Positions 1 to 10,337 of a DNA stretch of 64,000 bases are shown piece by piece (within the stretch, counting starts at the first letter, position 1; each line of letters starts with the position of its first letter). Origin of the DNA: Salisapilia sapeloensis CBS 127946 (lineage: Eukaryota > Protista > Oomycota). The position numbers and the translations under genes were made by a program. Location: contig JAADVB010000006.1 in NCBI GenBank assembly GCA_023334545.1, positions 62,001-126,000 on the forward strand, written 5' to 3'. The notes under the pieces are model-generated. The model was given only the letters and a program-made list of their open reading frames with translations, did not search any database and was not told the DNA's origin.

Positions 1-523
1 GAGTAGTTATCGTGAAATAAATTATGACAACGTGTGACGACTGCCCAATGCAAGAATGACCTAGTATGTGCCCAGACACTGACGACTGTCTTCCATGTAG
101 ATGCAGGTGGGTGCTTCCGCCTACATCATGCTCGATAAAAAGAAAATGTATGGCAGAACGTATGGGAAGCAAACGATCGTAAAATACCAAAATCGGCACT
201 GGTAACTTGGACAGAGCATGCCCATAGATGCCACGGATATCCCACCCGGCTCCTGCACGCTCCTCTACCTACCCAACGCTTCACTATACTGCCAACATGC
301 ATCTCAACCTCACGATCCAAGCCACCCACAACCATCCTATAAACATGCTGAGCCAGGTAAGAGGCTTATCCCATACCCGATGGTGAACACGCCATGCTTC
401 CACTATGGCATTCTGTGGAGACACACGTGTAAATTATCTTCCGCTCCACTTTTAATTCCAAGCGGACGTGCTCGGTACCAGTGCTCCCTGGCTCTCGAGG
501 AGGTTATACGTGTCTTACCAGTC

Positions 524-2041
524 ATGAATTCATCCACAGGCATTCGTGTGAAGCTCGCAATGAGTCAACGACGATCGTTACCATACATTCTGTTCGGCGC
601 GATCTTCTCCCTTGTCGCCGTGCTGTACCTCATGGGCAGCACGAACGAGACGACGACGTACGAATCGCTCTCACCAGAAGAAGCGAACCGTTTTGCTGAC
701 GCAGAGCTCCAGGATATGTACCCTGACAAGTGCAAAATCAAGAACTTTGACGAGTTACGTCGCATGAGCATCGTGTACACGTGGGTGAACGGCTCGCAAC
801 CGTGTTATCGTAAGATGCGTGAGGAAGTCGGTGGTAAGAAATCGATCGGTGGTTCTCGTGACCGAGAGATTGGTGAACTCAAGTATTCGATCCGATCTTT
901 AACCAAGTTTCTACCGTGGCACGTGGTAAGCTCTTTTCTTGGGTACATGTACTCGCTACAAGTATCTAAAGCATCTTGATAGGGACAAATCTACATTGTA
1001 TCTCCTGGACACATTCCTGACTGGGTCGATCTAGACAACCCTCGTATCAAGGTGATTAATCAGGACGATCTCTTCCCAGAGTACGCGAAAGAGTATCTTC
1101 CGACGTTCAATACGCATGCCATCGAGCAGTTCCTGTACTTGATTCCAGGTCTCTCAGACATTTACATGCAAGTGAACGACGACTATATCTTCACAAAGCC
1201 CATTGCTCCCCATGAATTCTTCACTTGTGATGGTGGCATTCGTCTGCTCCATGAAAAGAGTTTGATTTCCCACACGCCTCCGACGCCTAAAAAAGGTATT
1301 TGGATCGCATCTGTCTTGAATACACAGCAGGAGATGGATCTACGTTGGGGACAGCAGGATCGGTACTTTATCAAGCACGCACCGTTCATCTACTCTCGTC
1401 GCGCGTTCGAACGCATCCACCAGATCTTCGATCGACCGCTATACGCGACGCTCAAGTCCAAGTTCCGAGGCAAACCAGACATGAACATGCCGTTGCTGCA
1501 CTACTACTATATGACGGCACAAGGTCATAAAGAGCTCGGTATCCCGATTGAAGTGCCGCCAACGAGTGAGATGGATAACTACAAGCTCGTGCTATTGCAG
1601 GACAATAAGGAGGAAGAGCTACGACAGACGTTTGGTGCGATCCTCGACTACTCTTCTCCGTACCGCATCATCGCGATTAATGACGAGTACCACGACATGA
1701 AGATCGCTCAGCTGACGCTCGATTTCCTCAACAAGTTCCTACCAGATCCGACGGAATACGAACGTAAACCGACGTCCCCTTCACATGCCCTCAGTGTACG
1801 TGATCCAGAGACATGTGAAGTAGACCACTCGATCCTGTCCCCATTCCCACCTCGTATGTCTCCATCACAAAAGTACGAAGTCGTGGCATATCGTGAGATT
1901 CGATGGGTTGCCTTCGCGAACTCTTTCTTGCGTGGTCTGGCACTAGCACTAGGTATGATGACCGTCTACGTCTTCTACCTACTTGTCCTTCGTCAGCCAA
2001 AAACGCATGGTAGCTCCAAGGTCGCGTATGACAAAGTGTAA
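524..2041 (+). CDS. Stealth-family sugar-1-phosphate transferase (paralog A), 2 exons, N- and C-terminal TM helices
   Basis: Stealth motifs IVYTWVNGS (CR1), ELKYSIRSL...NTHAIEQFLYLIPGL..VNDDY (CR2), KHAPFIY (CR3), AINDEY (CR4). GT-AG intron 926-982 restores PWHVGQIYIVSPG, matching the paralog's PWLEGPIYIVTPG. Start ATG is 524 or 560. Confidence 0.88.
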
Positions 2042-2086
2042 GGACAAGATAAAAAAGCAAACAGTCGTTTCTTTCCATTCCATCCT

Positions 2087-3514
2087 TTATCTCTTCTTGC
2101 TTCGCGTATGTGCCATCATGTCTCCATTCACGAGACGGAAGATGTAGATCGAACAAGCGACGCCAGCGACCATACCGAGTACTACTGCAAATGGACTTAG
2201 GAGTGCTTGTGCTTGGATCGAGCGATTGAAGTACTCTTCATAGAGCGAATGGAACTGCTTGCGAGGGTTCTGGATGGATGCTGGTAGTGCCATGGTCCGA
2301 CGGAATATGGGCGACTTCTCTTCCGGTAGAGGAAGCAACGACGAGTCGTACGTGCAGTACTCGCCATGGTAGTTGCTCAAGTGAGGAGCTTGCTGCCCAG
2401 CAGGGAGTTCGTAGAACTGAGGCTCTGGGAGGAGCTGCTGGTAGAACTGAGCGACTAGCCGAGCTGTCTCATCCTTGGAGTACTCGTCGTTGAGAGCGAG
2501 CAAGACTTCGGTGCCTTCTCCTTTAAGCGTTTTATCGAACTGTTCCTGGAGCTGCGCATGCTCCTCGTCTTTCACACGTACGAGCAACCAGTCGGGAGAC
2601 TCGTGGAGAGGCTGGAAGGCGACTGGGATGTTGAGCTTATACGATCCCTCTTCGTTCATGTAGATATGATGCAACAAGGGTACATTCAAATCTTCAAAGT
2701 GTCGGATCTGGTGACCGAGTGTCTTGTCCAGGGCCTCCCCAAACTTATCGTGGATGGCCTCAAAGGCGAGACGAGAGTAGACGAATGGTGCGTGCTTGAT
2801 AAAGTTGTAAACGTGCTCTCCACCGTACGTTTGATCCATCAACTTGACTGTATTCCGTACGGATGCGAGCCATGCGTTTGATTTCTGAGCGTCGACGTGT
2901 CGAATGTGATTGATCTCGGTGAGGAAACGAAGCCCACCGTCACAAGTGAAGAGACGACTCGGTGGAATGGGTTTGACGAATAAGTAGTCATCGTTCATGT
3001 GGATAAACGTGTCCGTGAGTCCAGGGATCTTGTACAGATACTGCTCAATGACGTTCGTGTCAAAGTTGGGAAGAGCTGCTTTATCCTTAGGTAGAAGGTC
3101 GTCCTGATCGATCACTCGGATCCGTGGGTTATTCAGATCTAGCCAACTGGGTATCTGTCCCGGCGTGACGATGTAGATCGGTCCTTCGAGCCATGGTGCA
3201 AACTTTAGGAGCGAACGAATGGAGTACTTGAGCTCACCCATCTCCTTGTCTCGAGAGGATCCCCCAGGTGGGAGACCAGCACGTTTACGACGGTCATTGT
3301 AGCACCGTTCCGTGCCGTTCACCCACGTGTACACGATCGCACTGTGGCGAAGCTGCTCTAGATTAGCGACTTCACACGAGCCATCGTCGTCCCACCCGCC
3401 AGAATAGAGTAGGTCCGCTACGGCAGAAGGTGGGTCTGGTCTGCCAGCAAAGAGGACGAGCGTCAATAACGCTGCAAAGGTGAGGAGTGCCGCGACACCC
3501 TGCAGACCGCGCAT
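2087..3514 (-). CDS. Stealth-family sugar-1-phosphate transferase (paralog B), intronless
   Basis: IVYTWVNGT, ELKYSIRSLLKFAPW, NVIEQYLYKIPGLTDTFIHMNDDY, KHAPFVY, ALNDEY. Hydrophobic signal-anchor follows ATG 3514 (MRGLQGVAALL) and there is a C-terminal TM. The ORF extends upstream to 3712 from a less likely start. Confidence 0.88.
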   Translation of the reverse strand: MRGLQGVAALLTFAALLTLVLFAGRPDPPSAVADLLYSGGWDDDGSCEVANLEQLRHSAIVYTWVNGTERCYNDRRKRAGLPPGGSSRDKEMGELKYSIRSLLKFAPWLEGPIYIVTPGQIPSWLDLNNPRIRVIDQDDLLPKDKAALPNFDTNVIEQYLYKIPGLTDTFIHMNDDYLFVKPIPPSRLFTCDGGLRFLTEINHIRHVDAQKSNAWLASVRNTVKLMDQTYGGEHVYNFIKHAPFVYSRLAFEAIHDKFGEALDKTLGHQIRHFEDLNVPLLHHIYMNEEGSYKLNIPVAFQPLHESPDWLLVRVKDEEHAQLQEQFDKTLKGEGTEVLLALNDEYSKDETARLVAQFYQQLLPEPQFYELPAGQQAPHLSNYHGEYCTYDSSLLPLPEEKSPIFRRTMALPASIQNPRKQFHSLYEEYFNRSIQAQALLSPFAVVLGMVAGVACSIYIFRLVNGDMMAHTRSKKR

Positions 3515-3688
3515 GGTTAATGGAGGATTATTCGATTCGGGAGTATTGGGGTGTATATTTAGCATACGTGCAGAATCGTTACGTCGGTTTAGCATAAGTA
3601 ATAAATTACGGTTCATTTCGTGTAGATGAGGAGGTGGATACACTTTATAAGGAACGTCCGAGGTGGAGTCACGGACGAGAGTGGACGC

Positions 3689-4924
3689 ATGCCGACGAAT
3701 AAAACGGAGCATACGAGTGGGATGAGCACACTGGAGGATCTAGAGGTAGGACATGACATAAAGTTTATCATGCTACTTTATATGGCAGACTTGGTAGCCA
3801 GTGGGTTCGCTGGTTCACGAGCTGCCAGCATCGCAATTCCATTCTCATGGTCTTATGACTGTAGCATTGCGCAACGGCAAGTGAAGATGATCAGGAGAGT
3901 CCGAATGCTAGCTTGGATGCATCACCACTGGAATGGATGACACAAGGTCTACGCTTGCGCTGGATTTATCATCGACCGTTGTGGTTGACATGTATTTTCG
4001 CGCCGTAGGTGGTGAATCGCCGAAACAGATCGCACAGTTCCTTTACTCGCAGCGTTATGACAACCCGATACTGGTACATATACATTTACTATCCTACGAA
4101 AAGACACAATTGACAGCAAGTAGGTTGGACGGGCGTTGGGCGAACCCGACCTCCGATCTCTCGCGGCACTGCAGGAATACGCCAATTGTATTCTTTAGCT
4201 ATTACTCGTTTGCGAAAGCTTACTAACATGATCATGTCTAGCCTACTTTACGTTTAAAGGGTACTCGTTCGACATCTGTCTCCGCGTCTTCCTTGGCCGC
4301 TTTGTCCTGCCAGGCGAAGCGCAGAAGATCGATCGTATCCTACAAGCGTTCGGGAAAGCCTTTTTCGTCGCGAACGCCATGAGCGACGTCTTTGCGTCCG
4401 CGGACACGGCCTACACGCTGGCTTTTTCCCTCGTCATGCTGAACACAGATGCTCATAATCCGCACCTGCCTCGTCGTTTCAAGATGCGTCGACATGAATT
4501 CATCCGGAACTATCAAGGCCTCGGATGTGACGAGGAGCAGCTGCTGTCATCAGAATTCCTCGGCCAGTGCTACGACACATTTGTAGACGAGCCGCTTGGA
4601 CTTATTCCGAAAAGGAATGGTGAGGAGCTTGGAGTTGGCGACATCGAACTACTTTTCGAATCCGAGACACTCGGGATGCTCATCGAGACCGGACCGGACG
4701 GACGCAGCTGTACCGTGAAACACTATAGTGGCAACAAGCACGTACGTTGCCGACCGTGGAGCAAACCGCCTTCGCTCGATGGGTACGTTATCGTTTCCGT
4801 TGGATCGGATGACACTTCGGAATTATCGTACGACATGATCCGATATCTTTTACGTACATCAGACAGACCATTGTCCCTGACGCTGCGCGAACCATCTGCC
4901 TACTTTGCCCGCCAGAAACTCTAA
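3689..4924 (+). CDS. Small Sec7-domain ARF-GEF with C-terminal PDZ-like region (multi-exon; 5' exons uncertain)
   Basis: Sec7 catalytic motif FLGRFVLPGEAQKIDRIL at about 4290-4340 and AYTLAFSLVMLNTDAHNP. Upstream fragments PKQIAQFL and LGEPDLRSLAALQEY. The C-terminus LGMLIETGPDG...YVIVSVG...IRYLLRTSDRPLSLTLR looks PDZ-like. Confidence 0.8.
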
Positions 4925-5116
4925 TGTCATGAATACACGTATCTTAATGTGAAACGGCAATTGCGACAACATTATTTTCTCTTCCATATACGCATCATAC
5001 GATACGCGACGGAGAGAGGTGAATCTTAAAGCGTCACCTAGTCAGATGAGCCATCGCGGTAGCTTACAGAGAGCAGCTTCACTTTGCGATCTGGCCGACG
5101 CCGACCGAACACAAGT

Positions 5117-6016
5117 ATGGGAGCGCTTTTGTGTGTGCATGCAGGTACATACGCACGGTGTTTGTGCGTTCAATACAAGAACTGATCTTTAAGTTATAGA
5201 TGTCGAGCACGACACGAGCAAGAGTATTCGTCGGTCACCGTTCATTAAGCATCGGAGGTACATTTCGGGCGAATATGAGCTCCTGGACAAGACAGAGTAG
5301 GTTCAAACGCATCTTGTTGTATATGCAAGTCGCTCACGAGCTTATTCATGTAGCATTGCTCCACTGCGTACGACAAAAGACTTGCAAGCCACGACTGGCG
5401 GTCGTATGCTCTGCAACTTTTACAGTCTCTTTGTCGAATCAGAGCACAATACGTGCTTCTTGGATGACCGGGGGCAGATCATCTCAGGGTATGCACCTCT
5501 TGCGTCTATCGCTAGTGACCAGACGAGATACTTACCACATTTTATATGCACAGAGAGGAGTACTGGAGACACCATGATTTGATCGAGGACTATTGTGGGA
5601 ACGCCGGCGAATGTGAACCAGACGAAGGTGCATGGGATCAAGACGTGACGGATGGGGAAGAGACGCCGTCTTTGTATCCATCCTGCAACCTGTTTTCCTC
5701 CACATCCACTTCCTCCACACTCATCAGTGAACACGACTACTGGTCCAGGGACATCATGGATCCGACACCGGAACACGATACGCTCGAACGGTCGCATTCA
5801 TTCGACAAGTGCCTCTACCAACGGGCTGATAAAAAGAGCCTCTTATCACCATTCTCGGCATCCAAAACGGTCGGTTCCGCACGGTCAGCTACCGTCTCTC
5901 TCACCCGCTCATCGTCTCATCTGCCGCGTCTGCATCGCGTCTCCTTCTCACCACATCCATCCCACTCTCGACGGTCCAAATACGAATCCATGCGTCCTGC
6001 CGTCGATTTGACCTAG
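5117..6016 (+). CDS. Hypothetical protein, 4 exons, N-terminal MGALLC (possible myristoylation/palmitoylation)
   Basis: GT-AG introns 5145-5199, 5258-5353 and 5489-5553 join into one continuous frame ending in ORF 5546-6016. No family recognised. Confidence 0.62.
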
Positions 6017-6148
6017 CAAGTAGATTTAGATACCATTCCTTTATTACCATGTCCACGTAGCGTCCAAAGTGAATACAAACAAAGTCCGACGACGGTAGAA
6101 AAAAAAACTTGTAGTTGAGATTCGTTTTTAGTTACAGATACGCACGTG

Positions 6149-9100
6149 CTAGTCCATTTCCTCCTTGTTCCAGGTGCTGACGCCCCGCTTCGGGTTGCTA
6201 TAGTAGAACTTGCCAGGCACGCTGCGACTCTCGCGCTTTACCCATCCAGGGGGAAGCTTCTCGTACTTTTCCGGATGCCGTTCCTGATGCTGCGCTCGTT
6301 TCGTCATCTCCTCCGGATGGAAGTGACAGATCTCCTTGAACATGAGTTCCTTGAGGTCCGACTCGTCAAGATCGTCGAGGTCGAACGCATGATACGGCTC
6401 CACCGGTCGAGATTCACGCTCTTCATCATAGTAGTCTGCCAGGTACGGATGTCGCAGCGCTTCTTCGACGGTAATCCGCTTCTCGGCGTCAAAGACGAGC
6501 ATCTTCCACAGCAAATCGAGACCTTCCGGGTTGGCATTCGGGAACATCGTGCTCACGTCCATGCCTGCGACTGCCTGCGTACGACTGAGTAACTGTCTTC
6601 CCTTAAGCTTGTTTGCCATCGGGTTCTCCTTGAAAGAGTGCTCTTCCGGGACACCCAAGACGTTCATGATCAACTGAAGCTGATGTACGTACGTCTCGCC
6701 AGGGAACAAGGGTTTCCGACCGAGCATTTCAGCAAAGATGCAGCCAGCAGCCCACAAGTCTACTCCTTCGCCGTAGGCACTACCGAGCAACAGCTCCGGG
6801 GCACGGTACCATCGCGTGACAACGTACTCTGTCATGCCAGCATCATGTCCGTCCATAGATCGCGCAAGTCCAAAGTCACAGATCTTGAGCTTACAGTCCG
6901 AGTTAATGAGTAGATTGCTCGGCTTTAGGTCTCGATGGAGGACTCCAGCTTGGTGCATGTGGTGGAGTCCACTTAGGAGTTGGTACAAAAAGTATCGCAC
7001 GTGGTCATCCACGAGCATTTCTCTAGAGTAAATGATCCGATGGAGGTCCATCTCCATCAAGTCGATCGTCATGTACACGTCTCGAAAGTCTGCGTACGAA
7101 GGCGGTGGGATGAGGTCCATGAGACTAAGAATATTCTCGTGCGCCATGTGACGTAGTAGACGTACTTCCCGCAAGATCTGCTTGAGCTGATGTGGATGCC
7201 AGACACAGTCAATGACCTTTTTGATCGCGACGTTACCACCCGTCAAGGTATCCGTCGCGGCAATTACAATACCATACGCGCCACGGCCGCACACTTTAAT
7301 CAGTTGGTAGTGCTTGGGGATCGTGAACGGCGCCCCACATACCATGAAGCTATGCATACTATCATTGTCTTTACACGCGACGGCATCGCTGTTCCCAGAG
7401 ATGGACGACGCGGATCCAGACGACTGGACGCCGAGGTCACTGCCGCTACGAGGTGCCTCAGGAGACAGCTTGACGTTCGACCATCCATGCTGCCTCCTGT
7501 CGCTAATGAACTCTTCGCTCTTGACAGAGCTCGTGGATCGGCTTAGATTGCTATCACTATGGATCGGCATCGCTGGTGTCGCCAAGCTCGGCGTCTGCGA
7601 CCAGTCTTCTAAACCTGCAGGTGAACGGTACTCTCCAATGTTCATGCTCACGCTCTTTCGTAGCACTTGTGTGCTCCCAACGTCATCTGCGGCATCATCA
7701 CGACGACAAGAGATGCCGAGTAGAACCTTTCCACAGTACTCTCCCTTGTCATTCCGAAGCGAATACCACTGTGAATCCGCATTCGACGCGTTATTATCAT
7801 CATCATGACCGAAAGGATCACTTGCCATGAGGATATTCGCAACATTCACGCTCGTGTATCCAATCGTAGCTTCATTTCCACTTCGTGATTGGTCTTCTAC
7901 CATCACTTGGAGGCTACAGGTACCGATGACGTCTTGGAATGGTACGATGAGCACTTCATTCCAGACGGGATTCGCTGGCGAGTTCGGAGACTCGGCCATG
8001 TTCCTAGGCACACCAGTCGACTTGGTGTTTGAATTCGACTTGCTACTTAAAGAGAGAGATGAGTTTCGTGTGGCATTCGCGAGGATACTAAGGCCAGAGT
8101 TTAGACGCTTCGGAAGCGATGGCATGGAGATGCCTCCGAATGCAGAGAGAGAAGAAGAGGTCTTTGGTTTGGCATCCGTTGCTTCGCCATGAACGATCGA
8201 GATAGAGACGCTCGGTCTCTTGACTGTCTTCTTGACAGCTGTTCCCATCTTCAAGCCTTTCGCTTGCATGATACGTACATGCAAAGAGCCGTCGAGACCG
8301 TGCTCGGCGTCGACTTCATTGTAGTCCTGTGGGAGCTTGAGTGTCGTGGCTGCACCTGGTACTTTAAAGACTGCACTTGCCGCGACGACGTCACCATTGA
8401 TCTCGAAACGAGCTAGTCGTCCGTCCGTGTAAAAGGAGAACTTGTGGACCCAGTTCTGTAGGAACTTGCGTCCATCTCGTTTGTTCTCGAGCTCTTCTTT
8501 ACCAGAGGCTACGGCGATGGATCCTTCGACACTCATACCACCGATCTGAAGGCCGCTCCAGATCGTGCTTTTCGAGAACTCGTGCATGTACGACACGACC
8601 CCTGCGTGTCCACGATAGGATCCGTGGAAAGGAACAGACGGAGCGTAGTTGGAGCAGAAGATGACATCTTTATCGAGCAGACGGAAGAAGCGAGTAAAGA
8701 CTTGTTCAGACGGAGGAGGAAGTGTGACTGCCATGTCGCCTTCTGTCTTCCAATTCCCACGGTATGAAGTGTACAGGACGACGAGCATGGCGTAGAACTC
8801 TTCCATGTCTAAAGGAGGAAGAGCGAGTGTCGGGATCGCTACGATTGCTTCTAGACCCAGTCGCATCCATATGATCTTCTCCACAGCGTTCGGAGCATTT
8901 AGCTGCAGCGTCTTCTTGTCTTCCGTTATGAATGTGAAGCCGTTGACGCGACTAGACGAATCTTTCACACCAGCTAGCACGTACAAGTGACTGACAGTGC
9001 CTGTGGTTGTAGCAGGAGTACTCTTTGTAGGTGGAGGCGTCGTGGTAGAGCCTGTAGATGCAGAACGCTTGCGATCTCGCTCAGCGTCGTCGACAAACGG

Positions 9101-10051
9101 CTCGTCACGAGAAGCCAAGTACGCGCGCTTGGACGGAAAGCGACGTAGGTATTTGCCTTCTAAAACGTAATAATGCTTTTCAATACGACGCAACCATTCG
9201 CTACGTCGACTTAGCACGCCTTCCCATCGAACGGGGTCATGTGCGAGCGGAGGACGCGGCGAACTGTCGTCCGGACGCTCTTCTGGCGTCGAGTCCAGCG
9301 TCGCGTCGGATACGGATTCTCGACTATCCCTCGGTGTCAACTCTGGAGACTGCTGGTCTTTATCTAGAGATGTGCTTTCTATCTGTTCTGCTTCCACTTG
9401 CTGCGTCACCATCTTCTCCCCGAGTGAATGGAGAATAGGATCGTCTGAATGGGAAAGGCGTTGTGCCGAGGACTGGTACAAGTTGGTCTCATGGCCGTGC
9501 ATGGATAGTCGAGCATCTTCCAGTATCTCAGATGCTTTGGTCGATATCTCTCCCTGTTCTCTCCACATGGAGATGGCTCCTTCCCGACTTAGCCCTCGAA
9601 TGAACTGATGTCCGACCTTTGGAGGCGTTCGACGACCACGTAAGATTCCTGCATCCATCTCGCTTTCATCTTCATCCTCTAGACCTTCCAAAAGATCCGT
9701 CGGGAGCATCGGGAGAGAGAATCGTCCTGTGACCTCGAGAAAGCTTTCGCTTAGCTCATTATCACTAGGTTCACCAAAGTCAGACACTTCACTAATAACG
9801 CTCGGGTTCATCTTCCGACGCTCATCATCCGGCACGAGATTCGGCGATCTCCCAGGCGTATTTCCACCCGACGTTTCGTTCATTCGGAATGTCGCTCTCG
9901 TCCAAGCCGCGCTTTCAGATTGCGTCCGTGATCGACGAGTACGGAAGGACTTGCTGCGTGGCATGCTTGGTAGCTGTGCCACGTCTGCATTCCGTTCAGA
10001 CGGGGTCGTGCTCCCGGACGACGCATACTCCCCGTCAGATCCGTCTTCCAT
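6149..10051 (-). CDS. MAP kinase with PH, SnoaL/NTF2-like, C2, MAPK (TEY) and WW domains; intronless
   Basis: Kinase motifs GRGAYG, VAIKK, HRDLKPSN, DFG, TEYVVTRWYRAPE. C-terminal WW LPPGWVKRESRSVPGKFYYSNPKRGVSTW. PH at about 8845-9235, SnoaL-like at about 8385-8700, C2 at about 7730-8290. First ATG is 10051 (MEDGSD). Confidence 0.93.
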   Translation of the reverse strand: MEDGSDGEYASSGSTTPSERNADVAQLPSMPRSKSFRTRRSRTQSESAAWTRATFRMNETSGGNTPGRSPNLVPDDERRKMNPSVISEVSDFGEPSDNELSESFLEVTGRFSLPMLPTDLLEGLEDEDESEMDAGILRGRRTPPKVGHQFIRGLSREGAISMWREQGEISTKASEILEDARLSMHGHETNLYQSSAQRLSHSDDPILHSLGEKMVTQQVEAEQIESTSLDKDQQSPELTPRDSRESVSDATLDSTPEERPDDSSPRPPLAHDPVRWEGVLSRRSEWLRRIEKHYYVLEGKYLRRFPSKRAYLASRDEPFVDDAERDRKRSASTGSTTTPPPTKSTPATTTGTVSHLYVLAGVKDSSSRVNGFTFITEDKKTLQLNAPNAVEKIIWMRLGLEAIVAIPTLALPPLDMEEFYAMLVVLYTSYRGNWKTEGDMAVTLPPPSEQVFTRFFRLLDKDVIFCSNYAPSVPFHGSYRGHAGVVSYMHEFSKSTIWSGLQIGGMSVEGSIAVASGKEELENKRDGRKFLQNWVHKFSFYTDGRLARFEINGDVVAASAVFKVPGAATTLKLPQDYNEVDAEHGLDGSLHVRIMQAKGLKMGTAVKKTVKRPSVSISIVHGEATDAKPKTSSSLSAFGGISMPSLPKRLNSGLSILANATRNSSLSLSSKSNSNTKSTGVPRNMAESPNSPANPVWNEVLIVPFQDVIGTCSLQVMVEDQSRSGNEATIGYTSVNVANILMASDPFGHDDDNNASNADSQWYSLRNDKGEYCGKVLLGISCRRDDAADDVGSTQVLRKSVSMNIGEYRSPAGLEDWSQTPSLATPAMPIHSDSNLSRSTSSVKSEEFISDRRQHGWSNVKLSPEAPRSGSDLGVQSSGSASSISGNSDAVACKDNDSMHSFMVCGAPFTIPKHYQLIKVCGRGAYGIVIAATDTLTGGNVAIKKVIDCVWHPHQLKQILREVRLLRHMAHENILSLMDLIPPPSYADFRDVYMTIDLMEMDLHRIIYSREMLVDDHVRYFLYQLLSGLHHMHQAGVLHRDLKPSNLLINSDCKLKICDFGLARSMDGHDAGMTEYVVTRWYRAPELLLGSAYGEGVDLWAAGCIFAEMLGRKPLFPGETYVHQLQLIMNVLGVPEEHSFKENPMANKLKGRQLLSRTQAVAGMDVSTMFPNANPEGLDLLWKMLVFDAEKRITVEEALRHPYLADYYDEERESRPVEPYHAFDLDDLDESDLKELMFKEICHFHPEEMTKRAQHQERHPEKYEKLPPGWVKRESRSVPGKFYYSNPKRGVSTWNKEEMD

Positions 10052-10337
10052 GTCAATTCTACGATAATGTGGAAGAATACAAAGTAGGACAGCCAAGACG
10101 AAAGATAAGTGGCAAGAGGGGGGATGCTCGTCGTATCAAGGGGAAGCGCTTCTACTTGGAGCTACAGTACCGAGGATCGAGCGAGACCAGATCTGGCCGA
10201 CACGTTTTTGTATGCCGCTTGGACCATCGGGGATGTCTCTTACAAGATATAGTTATACTTGGAAAATGTATGTCGTGTAAGAGATATATGTCGCGTAGAA
10301 CAAAGAGCACCGCATAAGAGGAGACCACGGAGCGACG

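Noticed and set aside
218-523. N-terminal extension of the ORF 218-979 ahead of Stealth paralog A
   Set aside because: It is low-information sequence upstream of a good signal-anchor start (524/560) and includes a possible INR-like CCACTTT at 446, so it is probably promoter or 5' UTR.
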